DNA of 64,000 bases from contig NC_069000.1 of the NCBI RefSeq assembly GCF_001194135.2, positions 18,548,655 to 18,612,654 on the forward strand, in the 5' to 3' direction. Shown piece after piece: positions 13,991 to 27,280 of the stretch. The DNA comes from Octopus bimaculoides (Eukaryota). Each line of letters opens with the position of its first letter. Within the stretch, counting starts at the first letter, position 1. The translations under genes were made by a program, and so were the position numbers. The notes under the pieces are model-generated. The model worked only from the letters and a program-made list of their open reading frames with translations, ran no database searches and had not been told where the DNA came from.

Positions 13991-14528
13991 CATCGCCTCG
14001 GTGAGGCCCAATATATATATATATATATAAATATGATGGACTCGCCCGTCAATTTCGATGTATGAGGCTCCGACAACATTTTCTTTGTCAACCATAATGC
14101 TTATGTTGATTGTGATATATATATATACATATATATATGCTCATATTTTTGTGGATGTTTGTATGAGCAAGTGTACTCATGCCATGCAGCTTGCCTGAGG
14201 GTGTTTATACATCCATACCAGTTAACAGTTATTTCTAATACTTTTCTCTCTGGATTGCGTGTTTGTTTCTCTTTTTCTCATCTGTGATTTTATTTTTCAT
14301 CTTCTCTATAATGAAAGATATTTCCTCCGTCTGGCTGCTTTTCTCTCTACAGAACGGAAAGTTACATTGCAGAACAGTAATTTTAACGAGTTGTATTTAT
14401 TTATCACCCGACGAGATACATCTGCATCACTGGATGCTCCTGAATCAGTTGTTGAGTGTCCCACCCAAGAGGAATCAATGCTAGATGTGCGAAAACAACT
14501 GTCGTGATTAATAAATTCTCGTGCTATA

Positions 14529-14560
<32 letters not shown>

Positions 14561-14574
14561 ATTCTCGTGCTATA

Positions 14575-14606
<32 letters not shown>

Positions 14607-16519
14607 ATTCTCGTGCTATATATTNNNNNNNNNNNNNNNNNNNNNNNNNNNNNNNNNNNNNNNNNNNNNNNNNNNNNNNNNNNNNNNNNNNNNNNNNNNN
14701 NNNNNNNNNNNNNNNNNNNNNNNNNNNNNNNNNNNNNNNNNNNNNNNNNNNNNNNNNNNNNNNNNNNNNNNNNNNNNNNNNNNNNNNNNNNNNNNNNNNN
14801 NNNNNNNNNNNNNNNNNNNNNNNNNNNNNNNNNNNNNNNNNNNNNNNNNNNNNNNNNNNNNNNNNNNNNNNNNNNNNNNNNNNNNNNNNNNNNNNNNNNN
14901 NNNNNNNNNNNNNNNNNNNNNNNNNNNNNNNNNNNNNNNNNNNNNNNNNNNNNNNNNNNNNNNNNNNNNNNNNNNNNNNNNNNNNNNNNNNNNNNNNNNN
15001 NNNNNNNNNNNNNNNNNNNNNNNNNNNNNNNNNNNNNNNNNNNNNNNNNNNNNNNNNNNNNNNNNNNNNNNNNNNNNNNNNNNNNNNNNNNNNNNNNNNN
15101 NNNNNNNNNNNNNNNNNNNNNNNNNNNNNNNNNNNNNNNNNNNNNNNNNNNNNNNNNNNNNNNNNNNNNNNNNNNNNNNNNNNNNNNNNNNNNNNNNNNN
15201 NNNNNNNNNNNNNNNNNNNNNNNNNNNNNNNNNNNNNNNNNNNNNNNNNNNNNNNNNNNNNNNNNNNNNNNNNNNNNNNNNNNNNNNNNNNNNNNNNNNN
15301 NNNNNNNNNNNNNNNNNNNNNNNNNNNNNNNNNNNNNNNNNNNNNNNNNNNNNNNNNNNNNNNNNNNNNNNNNNNNNNNNNNNNNNNNNNNNNNNNNNNN
15401 NNNNNNNNNNNNNNNNNNNNNNNNNNNNNNNNNNNNNNNNNNNNNNNNNNNNNNNNNNNNNNNNNNNNNNNNNNNNNNNNNNNNNNNNNNNNNNNNNNNN
15501 NNNNNNNNNNNNNNNNNNNNNNNNNNNNNNNNNNNNNNNNNNNNATATATATATATGGAGAGAGAGAGAGAGAGAGAGATCAAAACAGTTTAATTCAAAT
15601 TTGTTGGTACTCTTGAGTTTCAAGTGTGATGCTAGTTGTCAGCCATTTTGAATTTGATTGACAGAAGTTTATTGTTATTACCATAAGGCGGGCTGTGAGT
15701 GGTGGAGGTGGGTTACGCGGTGTTGTGGTTTGATGTTGGTATATGGTTAACAGTTAGTTGGAAAATATCACATGGTGAACAGGAAATTGATCACGTGGAG
15801 GACAGGAAATAGACCACATGGCAATTAAGAACTTGGTGAGGTTGTCGGGGAGGAAGTAGGAAGGGGAGGCATGTGCAAATATTATAGCTCTATATGTGGG
15901 TGTGTCCATATAAATGAATATGCATGTGTGCATGTGTATGCATATGCACATGTAGATGTGTGCACACATGCATGTTTGTCCAAGTGTATGTGTGTGTGTG
16001 CATGTGCACAGACATTCATGCCCATGTACAGATGCGCATGCTTACATCAATATATGCATACATGCAAAACTATATGAGCGTGTCTACTCACCCACATATA
16101 GAACTATATAATTACACATGCTGCCCCTTTCTACTTACCCCACTCCAACAACCTGACAGATTTCCTAATCATCATGTGGCCTGTTTCCTGTCTTCCACGT
16201 GGTCAATTTCCTGTTCACCATGTCATATTTTTCAACTAACTGTTACCTATATAACCACAACCAATTGCAGCCCACCTTATAGTAATAAGGATCAACTTCA
16301 GTCAGTCAAATTCAAAATAGCTGACAACTAGCATCATGCTTGAAATTCAAGAGTACCAATGAATTTGAATCAAACTGTTTTGATCCATACATGAAGAGAA
16401 CATATGGTAGTTTTGCTGGGTCTGTTGCTTGAAAAAAGTGCTTTAATTGATCTGTACACCATTTAAAGTTAATATACATATATGTGTATGCCTGTGTGTG
16501 TGTGTCTGTGTACATGAGA

Positions 16520-17115
16520 GAACCTGTGGAAGAAGTAGACCCAGGAAGATCTTGGAAAGACCTGGCAAATCAAGTGAGACTCTCACTGTGGCCTATGCCA
16601 GTGCAGCATAACCAGCCCGTCTAAGAGTACCCTTCAATCATTGGGCAATAAACTGCACTTGCGAAGACCTGTTGAGTCAAGTGAAGTCATTGTCGTCGCT
16701 GATGACAGTACTGCCTGATTTGCACCTGTGCTGGTGGCATGTGAAAAGCACCATTTGAGTGTGAACGTTGCCAGTGCCACCTGACTGGTCCCATGCCGGT
16801 GGTACGGAAAAAGCACCATTCGAGAGTGGTTGTTGCCAGTGTTGCTTGACTGGCTCCTGTGCCAGTGGCACGTAAAAAGCACTATTCAAGCGTGGTCAAT
16901 GCCAGTACTGCTTGACTGGCCCTCGTGCTGGTGGCATGTAAAAAGCACCCACTACACTCTTGGAGTGGTTGGCATTAGGAAGGGCATTCAGCTGTAGAAA
17001 CTTTGTTAGATCAGATTGGCGCCTGGTGCAGCCTTCTGGCTCACCAGCCATCAGTCAAACTGTCCAACCCATGCCAGCTTGAAAAGCAGATGATGACAAC
17101 GACGACGATGATGAT
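16520..17115 (+). mobile_element. Repeat family E (internal gtgctggtggcacgtaaaaagcacc-type subrepeats, (GAT)n tail)
   Basis: Four degenerate ~55-nt subrepeats at 16725-16955, then gtggttggcattaggaagggcattcagctgtagaaac..catgccagc..gatgatg. Related pieces at 9150-9375, 20010-20460, 26060-26510, 28095-28250, 29735-29935, 30195-30520 and 51145-51290. Confidence 0.7.
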
Positions 17116-17977
17116 GATATATATATATATATATATATATATGCATATTCACACATATATATATATATATATACATGATACAAGCATATTATGTATGTAC
17201 ACACATACACACACACACACACAGAGGCATACACATGTATATTAACTTTAAATGGTGTACAGATCAATTAAAGCACTTTTTTTCAAGCAACAGACCCAGC
17301 AAAACTACCATATGTATCAGTAGTTATTTACAAAGCAAGGCAAGGCAAGGACAAAAGGTGCTGTCACTACTCGTGACAAAAATCGGGTGACTAGCTTGCT
17401 GTAAATGTAATATAATTAACTTCAATTCAAACAATGCTTTCTCAAGTGTAAGTTATGTATAATTTTAGCTTTTTCACTGATGTTGCCTCTCTGTTTTGTT
17501 GGAATTTTACATGCTTAATTGCCATACTACTATAGGAAATAGAGCTTTCTACAAATCTGAACACTCACATAGTTGGAGAACTGGCTGAATTGGACTTGTG
17601 TTGTGTTCAAATTCAAAAACTGTATATGAGGGATTATTTTCAGCTTTTGTTGTGCAGTATCATCAGACCATTATTTTGGAATATTTTGCTTCCTTTATTC
17701 CAAACCTTGCACCCAGTGTTCAAATCATATGAGAGTTACCTTCACCTTTCATACTCCTGGGATCAATAAATAAATACCAGTCAAGTACTCTGGGTAGCTC
17801 TTCATTTTTTTGTGTCTGTCTGTTACTTTCTTTCATAATTAGCTCCTAGTTAGTTGACAAGTGGTGTTTTCAGAAACTTTTCTTTCCATTAAACGAGAGA
17901 ACATAACTGGTTTCTTTAGGTGCTAATTCTTTTTTTATTTGTAGTTGTAATAGTTGAACATAGAACCAAGTTATTAA

Positions 17978-18310
17978 AGACTCCCTTTGATCATGAATGA
18001 CCATGGAATTGCACCCAGAAAGTTCCCCTCTGAGACACAAGTCCGGACAAGGTTGTTTATGGAAGACCAGTAGTCACCCATACATACCAGGCTCCCCTCT
18101 CCATGTCACTGATGTTATCCAAGGGAATAGCAAATGCTGATACAGCTTGGTACCATTAATGTTGCAACTCATGCCTACAGCTGAGTGAACTGGAGCAACG
18201 TGAAATAAAGTGTCTTGCTCAAGAATACAACATACAGCCTAACCTGGGAATTGAACACAGAACGTCACGATTGTGAGCCTAATGCCCTAACCAATGAGCC
18301 ATGTGCCTTC
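17978..18310 (-). mobile_element. CORE-like SINE family C copy
   Basis: Collinear with 8332-8653. Confidence 0.8.
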
Positions 18311-18757
18311 AAGTGATTACATGGTCAGCATTTCAGTACATCATCCATAGAATTATTGTAGTCTTTCTTCAAACAAAAATGTCAACAAATAAAAAGTACA
18401 CTCAAAACTTTTATATCTTTTTTTTAATCTTTTACTTGTTTTAGTCATTAGACTGCGGTCATGCTGGAGCACCACCTTGAAGAACTTTTAGTGAAATTAA
18501 TCGACCCTAGTACTTATTCTGTTGGTCTTTATTTCAAACCATTAAGTCATGAAGACATAAACATATCAGCACTGGTTTTCAAGCAGTGGGGACACACACA
18601 CATACACAATGGGCTTCTTTCAGTTTCTGTCAACCAAATCCACTCGCAAAACTTTGGTTGGCCCAAGGCTATAGTAGAAGACACTAGCCCAAGGTGTCAT
18701 GCAGTAGGACTGAACCTGGAACCGTGTAGTTGGAAAACAAGCTTCTTACCACACAGC

Positions 18758-18795
<38 letters not shown>

Positions 18796-19081
18796 ATGCT
18801 TGTTTAAGTGATTTTAAATGTCTTGCCCACTCACGTTTTTGGTATGCTGCTATATTTCATGTTGAGAACAATTTAGGTTTTAATAGACACAAGATGTGAT
18901 CTATTTCTAGCGCATCAATTGTCCACGTTAGTGGTCGACGTTATTTTTTTAAATGTACCTTAATCCCCTGAGATTGCAGATAATATTTCTGAATCTCTTT
19001 GATTCTTTAGATGTGCTGGCCTACTGATAATTAATCGATATTAATTAATATATGAATAATTACCAGATTTTACAATAATAT

Positions 19082-19112
<31 letters not shown>

Positions 19113-21115
19113 TGATTAAATAGATTTAATGACTGAGCCAACCAAATTATTATCAGGTCTTTCAGGGTCAACTTTGGCTTTTATCCCTCCAAGATCAATA
19201 AAACAAAGTACCAGTTAAGTACTGAGATTGATTTAATTGGCTACCTTCTTCCCTAAATTTTGGGTGTTGTGCTTATGTAAGAAATAATAATTCTTTCTAC
19301 TATAGGCACAAGGCCTGAAACTTTGGGGGAAAGATCTAATCAATTACATCAACCCCAGCACCCAGCTGGTACTTATTTTATTAACCCAGAAAGGCTGAAA
19401 GGCAAAGTTGACCCTAACCCAGCAACATTTGAACTCAGTATCTAAAGTTGGGAGAAATGCCATTAAGCATTTTGTCCGATGTGATCACAACTTTGCCAGC
19501 TTACTGCTTTCTTCCTTATCAATATTAATGACTTATTTGCTGCTGCTTCTAACAACACACGCACTCACACTTGTAGATGGTACTGTCTTCCACACATCTA
19601 TGACATTCATCAACATTCACCTCAGACACTTTATGCTAGAGCTGCACTGATTCAATGAAATATGACAAATTATCTTTCACAGCAATACAATACATACAGA
19701 CATCAAAGAGACAGTGTTGCACCACAGCAAAGCTGTCAAAATCTAAACAAAATGCCTGGCCTCACTATCTTTGACATTCTCATTTAAGCTACCCACTCAA
19801 GTGTAGCAGTACTAAAACTACACCCTAAAGCCTAGGCTTTCTTTTACAGTCAAAATATACCTCAGCCATGACCAGCTGTCGACTCCCTATACACTCAAGT
19901 CCAATCTACATTGGAGTACTGCTGCAATCCACACAAATACAGTTTGGTACATCCTCAAAAAAGACCATTGATTGGTAAGCATATATTTCTCAACATCATC
20001 ATCACTGTTTAACACCTATTTACCATGCTGACATGGGTTGGACAGTCTAACAGGAGTTGGTCAGCCATAGAGCTGTCCAGACTCCAGTTGTCTGATTTGG
20101 CATCGTTTCTATGGCTGGATACCCTTCCTAATGCCAACCATTTTACAGAGTGTACTGGGTGCTTCTTACATGCTACCGGTATGTGTGTTTACACAGCACA
20201 GACATGAGTGCTTTATATGTGGCACCAGCACAAGTGCATTTTACATGGCATTGGCATGAGTGCATTTTATGTGACACCAGCACAGTCACATGCTATGTGG
20301 CATTGGCACAAGTGCATTCTATGTGACACCTGCACCTGCAAAGGACAGCCTGTATGTATGGATGACTGTGATTTTATTTAGCTTGACACATCTTCTCAAG
20401 TAAAAGCAAATTTCCACAACTCCAAATCCCTAGTCATTTCTTCAGTGAGGCCCAGTATCTAAAGATCCTTCTTCACCATTTTGTCCCACGTCTTCTTGGA
20501 TCTACCCCTTACACCGGTTCTAATTGTGGAGGGAACCAACACACTACAATAAGTAATTTACAGACATGTAGACTCTTTCTCTGAGCTTGAGCTATTTGTC
20601 TTTTCTTCACTCATTGTTCCCATTATGACCCATCATTCCTGGTTCCTCATTAAAACTTCTGTTTAATCCTTGCCTAATGGCAGCTGTTCAAACTAAATGT
20701 CAATATAGTTTTATTTTTCCCATTTACTTTGATATTTTATCATTTTCACCACATGACAATCCTTCATGAAAGTAAATATTGGTTTCAAATTTTGGCACAA
20801 GGCCAGCAATTTTAGGGGAGAAGTAAGTTGGTTACATTGACCCATGTATTCAACTGGTACTTATTTTATCGACTCTGATAGGATGAAAGGCCTTGGCAGA
20901 ATTTGAACTAAGAATGTGAAGATGGATGAAATGCTGCTAAGCATTTTGCCAGGTTTGCTAATAATTCTTCCAATTTGCTACCTTCCATGAAAGTATATAT
21001 TAATGTACAGAATGATCATGGTTTAGATCAAGAATCTGTTTGGCCAGGGCTGGACTGGAGCTAAACAACTCACCATCCTTTATTAAAGCTAATACAAATA
21101 AACACTTCAACTTAC

Positions 21116-22125
21116 CTGTGTGCTTACTGAGATGTTTTTTCAGATGAATTCTTTGATTAAAGGCATGGTCACATTGATCACATTTGAAAGGCCGTGATGT
21201 GGGGTATTTGCGTTTGCGGGCACGTTGATCAGGACTAAGTTGGTTTTCCTTAGCCTGTTGAAGATTGCTGTTGTCTGATTTGGGTGAACAAGAACGTGTT
21301 GTCAGTGGACGGTTACGAGAGAGAGATCGCTGACCAATCAGAATCTCTGATTGTTGTGCTTGTTTGTCAGAAGTTGGTGATTTGATGAGAAGAGAAGATG
21401 ATGTAGTTGACTTGTTCTTGCTGAGAGAAGGGGATGGTTTTATTGTTGGAATGTTGTTGCAACTGGACACTTTGGATGTTGCTGAAACAGTGCTACCATC
21501 TGTTGATGAGTTGCTCTGTTTTTGGCTATTACTGTCACTCAAGCCTGTTGTGTAAATGGTCGGGCATGAAGTATTGGAGCCTGAAGATGGTTCACTATGG
21601 ACAGGGTAAGAGAAAGGAATAGAAAACACGGTGCCTGGCTGAAGAATAAATGATCTGCTACTACTAACAAGGTTATCAGCATTGATTTCTCTGGTCCGAC
21701 AGCTTTTGCTTGTTGATGTTTCTACAAAAGGGTCTTTGTGGCACGAGGTACCACTTTCACTGTGATTTGAATCATGGGAATCGATTAAATCCTGGTTCTC
21801 GTTCTCATGTTCAACATCAATATAAATCTCACTTGGGTACTTCCGGTTCTTTGAAACAGTTTGAATTCGGTTGACACCACCAAAACCTCTGCTATGAGAA
21901 TATTTCCCATAGCCAAGTTGACTGCGACTCAAATAATACTGGGTACCACTGAACATTCTTTTACGACCAATTCTCAAACTGTTATCATTTCTGTGAATAC
22001 TCCTCTCTTTGAAGGCCCCTTCTGCTATGTGATGTGATGTCTCAATGTGTTGTTTTCGCTTTTTGGGAAGTACTGAACTGCAACATTGCATTTCTTGTGA
22101 GCTGACAGAACAGCCTCCTTGTTTT

Positions 22126-22160
<35 letters not shown>

Positions 22161-22498
22161 GCTACTGTTGTTACTGTTGTTGTTGCTGCTGCTGCTGCCT
22201 TTGCTAGGAAACAGACTTAAAGATGGGTTTTCTGATAGTTCTTCATCAGTTACTTCTTGTTTGAGTGAGATAACTTCTGGTAGAACAGTCTCTTCGACTT
22301 CTTTGTTCTCCTTTTCAAGAGAGTTATTCTTGTTGGTCACACAGACTGTAGTAACACCAGTGCGACTCTCACAGACTTGCTGGTTGACATCGAAAAATAT
22401 TTTGAATTTGTGGGTGAACTGTGCATGTTGTAGCATCTCCCATGCAGACAAGAAAGCCTTGGTGCATGAGGAACAGTATAACTGGCGACCAAGTGCAT
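21116..22498 (-). CDS. BCL11-like zinc-finger gene, large exon (SAW finger, low-complexity linker, first C-terminal C2H2)
   Basis: Acceptor ccttttattcgttacag and donor CACACAG|gtaagt; 1383 nt, phase 1-1. Begins (D)ALGRQLYCSSCTKAFLSAWEMLQHAQFTHKFKIF, compared with BCL11A [27 protein letters not shown]. Ends FKCDQCDHAFNQRIHLKKHLSKHT(G). Overlaps track ORF 21000..22451, which starts at a TTG and reads through the donor. Confidence 0.93.
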
Positions 22499-22804
22499 CT
22501 GTAACGAATAAAAGGCAATATGGTTAATGTGTTTTGCAAATAGATCTACAATTTGGTACATTTACTTATCCATTTACTTGCTTATACTTTGTCAAGTTAT
22601 AGAGAGACTACACTTTGTTAAGAAGTTTAACTCTTTAGCATTTAAACTAGCGCTATATCTGGTCTTCTTTTATGCTAAAACTGACTAGATCTAACCTCTC
22701 ATACCTACCCCACAAAGTAGAAGACACTTTCCAAAGGTGCCACACATTGGGACTGAACCCAGGACCAATATGGTTGAGAAGCAAACTTGTTATCATACAG
22801 CCAT

Positions 22805-22856
<52 letters not shown>

Positions 22857-23727
22857 ACATATGTGTATATGAGCATGGTTGAATGTTTACATTCTATGCT
22901 TCATACAAAAGCATTGGACTAAAACCAGCGTTGTTTGTTGACATACTTTGTCAACAAAATTATCCTCAAACTTAACACTTTTAAGGACAAGTGAGATAAA
23001 AAAAAATCCATTGCTTGTAAAACAGCTGAGGGTTAGTGACAGGGAGGGCATCTAACAGTAAAGCAATACCTCAATAATGTATTCGTCCAACTTATGCTAG
23101 CATGAAAAAATGGATGTGAAACAAATGAATGATATGGTTTGGTATATCTTTGAAGTTTTTTGAACAATAGTGGTAGTGGTCCAAAGACTGCCTCATCAGA
23201 ATTGCTTTTAAAAATCACACACACACACATACAGTTGGGGTTAAAGCATGGAACATTTAAAAAAAAAATTAAAATTGTTATGCCCAAGTACAATTCGATT
23301 CGATTCAAATTATAACTTTGGGCATTTAATATAAAAATTCTAATTTTCAGACTTATGTTCCAAACTTTTGACCATGACTGTACATACATACATACATGCA
23401 TGTAGAATGAAGTAGTGAAAAATGACCTCTGAAGGTTGAGTCTCATGAAGGAGATGACAAAGGACTGGGATGATCAAAGATTTGTTGTGCTTCATCTAAG
23501 TAAAAATGTGGCTCATAAAGCATATTCGTTTCTACTCTAAGCAGAAGGCCTGAATTTTTGGGGGATTAGATTTACCCCAGTACGCAAGTGGTACTTAATT
23601 TATCGATCCTGAGAGGATGAAAGGCAAAGTAGACCTTGTCTCTTCTCCATGCTGGCATGGATAAGACAGTTTGACAGCTGAAGAGCTGCCTGGGCCTTAT
23701 TTGTTTGTTTTGGTATAGTTTCTATGT

Positions 23728-24080
23728 GGAGGTGCAATGGCCCAGTGGTTAGGGCAGTGGACTCGCAGTCGTAGGATCGCGGTTTCGATTCCCAGACCGG
23801 GCGTTGTGAGTGTTTATTGAGCGAAAACACCTAAAGCACCATGAGGCTCCGGTAGGGGATGGTGGCGAACCCTGCTGTACTCTTTCACCACAACTTTCTC
23901 TCACTCTTTCTTCCTGTTTCTGTTGTACCTGTAATTCAAAAGGGTTAGCCTTGTCACACTCTGTGTCATGCTGAATTTCCCCCAAGAACTACGTTAAAGG
24001 TACACGTGTCTGTGGAGTGCTCAGCCACTTACATGTTAATTTCACGAGCAGGCTGTGCCGTTGATCGGATCAACTGGAAC
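23728..24080 (+). mobile_element. tRNA-derived SINE (family D)
   Basis: Head tggcccagtggttagggcag..ggtttcgattccc followed by ~270 nt of non-tRNA body; single copy in the window. Confidence 0.6.
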
Positions 24081-24554
24081 CCTTGTCGTCAAAACCGACG
24101 GAGTGCCAACCAACTATAGTTTCTATGGCTGGATGCCTTTCCTAATGCTAACCACTTTACATAGTATACTAGGTGCTTTTAACCTAGCACCAGCATGGGT
24201 GCTTTTATGTGGAATCGGTGTGGGTGTTCCTATATTTCACTGGTGCACCTGAGTGGCACTGGTGTGGGTGCTTGTATGTGTCACCAGACCCACGAGCCTG
24301 CAAGACAAGAACCTCTCAGCTGAACCTGGTAATGACATTTCATTACCTGGTTCAGAGCTCAATTAATTAGAAGAAAGTTAGCCTAGATGAGATGCATATA
24401 AGACATGTATATAAGGTGCTACACAGTAGAACTGAACCCAGAACTATGTGGTTGGAAAGCAAATGTCTTACCACACAACCACACTTGCATTTAGTAATTA
24501 AGCACAAACACAAAAAAAAAACCCCAACAAAAAAAGAAACAAAGCCATAAATAC

Positions 24555-24677
24555 CTGAATTCTTTGATTTATCCCCCGTGTCGGCATCACAGTCATTCTT
24601 CTTATGATGAATGAAATTGGTAATATTCTGCAGTGGGAATTCTCGCAGACAACGCCCACATGTTAAATAATCACAAT
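24555..24677 (-). CDS. BCL11-like zinc-finger gene, internal exon encoding the CCHC ZF0 finger
   Basis: Acceptor tttcttcttcctcag and donor TCAG|gtattt; 123 nt, phase 1-1. Translates (D)CDYLTCGRCLREFPLQNITNFIHHKKNDCDADTGDKSKNS, matching the BCL11A/B N-terminal motif [28 protein letters not shown] (recalled from family knowledge). Too short for the ORF track. Confidence 0.9.
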
Positions 24678-24826
24678 CTGAGGAAGAAGAAAAAGAAAAA
24701 CCAAGTGTAAAACATAAGCAGTATCCTTCATATATCCATTCATATTGTCAACAAACTTAGTAGAGTTTTGGTAGATTTCAGTAAATGATTCTATCTATTC
24801 CCTTCCTCATGCCTCCCTCTTGTGTG

Positions 24827-25148
24827 AGATCGTTGCCAGTGTCCCTGGACTGGCTCTTGTGCGGGTGGCACATAAGATGTACCATCCTGAGTGTGACCGT
24901 TGCCAGTACCGCCTGACTGGCCTTGTAGGGTTTTCGAGCGAGATCGTTGCCAGTGCCCCTGGACTGGCTCTTGTGCGGGTGGCACATAAAAGACACCATT
25001 TCGAGCGTGGCCGTTTTCGTGCGGGTGACACGTAAAAGCACCCACTACACTCTCTGAGTGGTTGGCGTTAGGAAGGGCATCCAGCTGTAGAAACTCTGCC
25101 AAATTAGATTGGAGCCTGGTGTTGCCATCCGGTTGCACCAGTCCTCAG
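24827..25148 (+). repeat. Family E copy, inverted partner of 13687-13931
   Basis: Direct comparison shows long identical stretches over ~245 nt. Confidence 0.85.
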
Positions 25149-26904
25149 NNNNNNNNNNNNNNNNNNNNNNNNNNNNNNNNNNNNNNNNNNNNNNNNNNNN
25201 NNNNNNNNNNNNNNNNNNNNNNNNNNNNNNNNNNNNNNNNNNNNNNNNNNNNNNNNNNNNNNNNNNNNNNNNNNNNNNNNNNNNNNNNNNNNNNNNNNNN
25301 NNNNNNNNNNNNNNNNNNNNNNNNNNNNNNNNNNNNNNNNNNNNNNNNNNNNNNNNNNNNNNNNNNNNNNNNNNNNNNNNNNNNNNNNNNNNNNNNNNNN
25401 NNNNNNNNNNNNNNNNNNNNNNNNNNNNNNNNNNNNNNNNNNNNNNNNNNNNNNNNNNNNNNNNNNNNNNNNNNNNNNNNNNNNNNNNNNNNNNNNNNNN
25501 NNNNNNNNNNNNNNATGTATATTTTTAATTGATATTTTAATACTTCATACATATATATACATATATACGACGGACTTCTTCCAGTTTCCATCTACCAAAT
25601 CCACTCACAAGGCTTTGGTCGGCCCGAGGCTATAGTAGAAGACACTTGCCCAAGGTGCCACGCAGTGGGACTGAACCCGGAACCATGTGGTTGGTAAGCA
25701 AGCTACTTACCACACAGCCACTCCTGCGCCTATGTATATTTTTAATTGATATTTTAATACTTCATACATATATATTCTGAAATTATTTCTCGTGTATGAA
25801 AGAAAAAAAAAAAAACGTGTGTGCATATTTGTGCATGGGTAAATTTAGATTATTCTGTTTCACCATGTTATCAGAGAATTACCAGATGTCATAAAATATA
25901 TATATATTTTTTTTTTTGACCTCTGATGATACAGCTATGATAACACAGGGAAACAGTCAACTGGATATCTAAATAAATCTGTATTCTTCATTTAAAATGC
26001 ACTGAGTTTTTTTTTATGTATCATTGTCATTGTCATCATTGTCCTCCTCCTCCTCTTCATCATCATCATCACTTACAGTCTGTTGCACAGTCTGACAGGA
26101 GCTGGCAAGCCAGGGAGCTACACCAGGCTCCAATTTTCTGTTCTGGCATGGTTTCTATGGCTGGATGTTCTTCTTAATGCCAACCACTTTACAGAGTGTA
26201 CTGGGTACTTTTTATATGGTACCACCACAAATGCTTTTTATGTAAGACCAGCACAAGTTCTCTTTACATGATACCAGTATGGGTATACATATATGTATGT
26301 ATATGTATAGATATATATAATGTATTATCATCATCACTGTTTAACAGCCACCTTCCATGCTGGCATGGGTTGGACAGTTTGACAAGAGCCGGCCAGGAAG
26401 AAGACTGCACCAGACCTCTGTGTCTGTTTTGGCATAGTCTTTATGGCTGGATGCCCTTCCTAACACAGACCACCCTGCAGAGTGAACCGAGTGCTTTTTA
26501 CATGGTACCAGCAAGAAATGAATGTTGCTGAATACAATAAACACAGAAATGTTGCTGTGAGCACCAGATTAGCTCTGATTGAGCAGACTTATGAAATGAA
26601 ATAAGTCATTTTACTAGTAACTTTCCAGTCTTTAAGAAACAGTCTATTCAGAACTACATCATCCAATGTGTGCTTTTTTCTTTAAAGATGGTACATGTGA
26701 TCCAAAGAAAATTTAACAGTTATTTCTAGCATGTTGGCCAGTTATATGTATATAGGTTGCTTCATAATATTTATATCAACGGGAAACCTTTATATAGATC
26801 TGTACACATGCGTGCATTTATGTATGTATTTATATATTTTGCAATGTAATTGGAACTGAACTCAGCTGAACATGAAAAAAAGCAGCATAATAAAGTTTAC
26901 TCTT

Positions 26905-27280
26905 TTACTTGTTTCAGTCATTTGACTGCGGCCATGCAGGAGCACCGCCTTTAGTCGAGCAAATCGACCCCAGGACTTATTCTTTGTAAGCCTAGTACTT
27001 ATTCTATCAGTTCTCTTTTGCTGAACTGCTAAGTTACAGGGACGTAAACACACCAGCATTGGTTGTCAAGCGATGTTGGGGGGACAAACACAGTCACACA
27101 TACATATATATACATATACACGATGGACTTCTTTCAATTTCTGTCTACCAAATCCACTCACAAGGCTTTGGTCGGCCCGAGGCTATAGTAGAAGACACTT
27201 GCCCAAGGTGCCACGCAGTGGGACTGAACCCGGAACCATGTGGTTCATAAGCAAGCTACTTACCACACAGCCACTCCTGC
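26905..27280 (-). mobile_element. SINE family B, near-consensus copy
   Basis: Near-identical to copies at ~18435-18760, 25568-25733, 31055-31447, 46560-47050, 53085-53625 and 56500-56655. Confidence 0.85.

Noticed and set aside
21000-21115. C-terminal KLKCLFVLAL.. extension of track ORF 21000-22451, and its TTG start at 22451
   Set aside because: This is intron read-through past a canonical donor at 21116; the exon actually begins at the 22498 acceptor.
22045-22527. 160-aa plus-strand poly-Leu ORF
   Set aside because: Antisense shadow of the (AAC)n-containing ZNF exon.
23735-23812. tRNA-like sequence with A and B boxes
   Set aside because: No convincing acceptor stem, and it continues into a SINE body; it is a SINE head. 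The same applies to the heads of families A-C.
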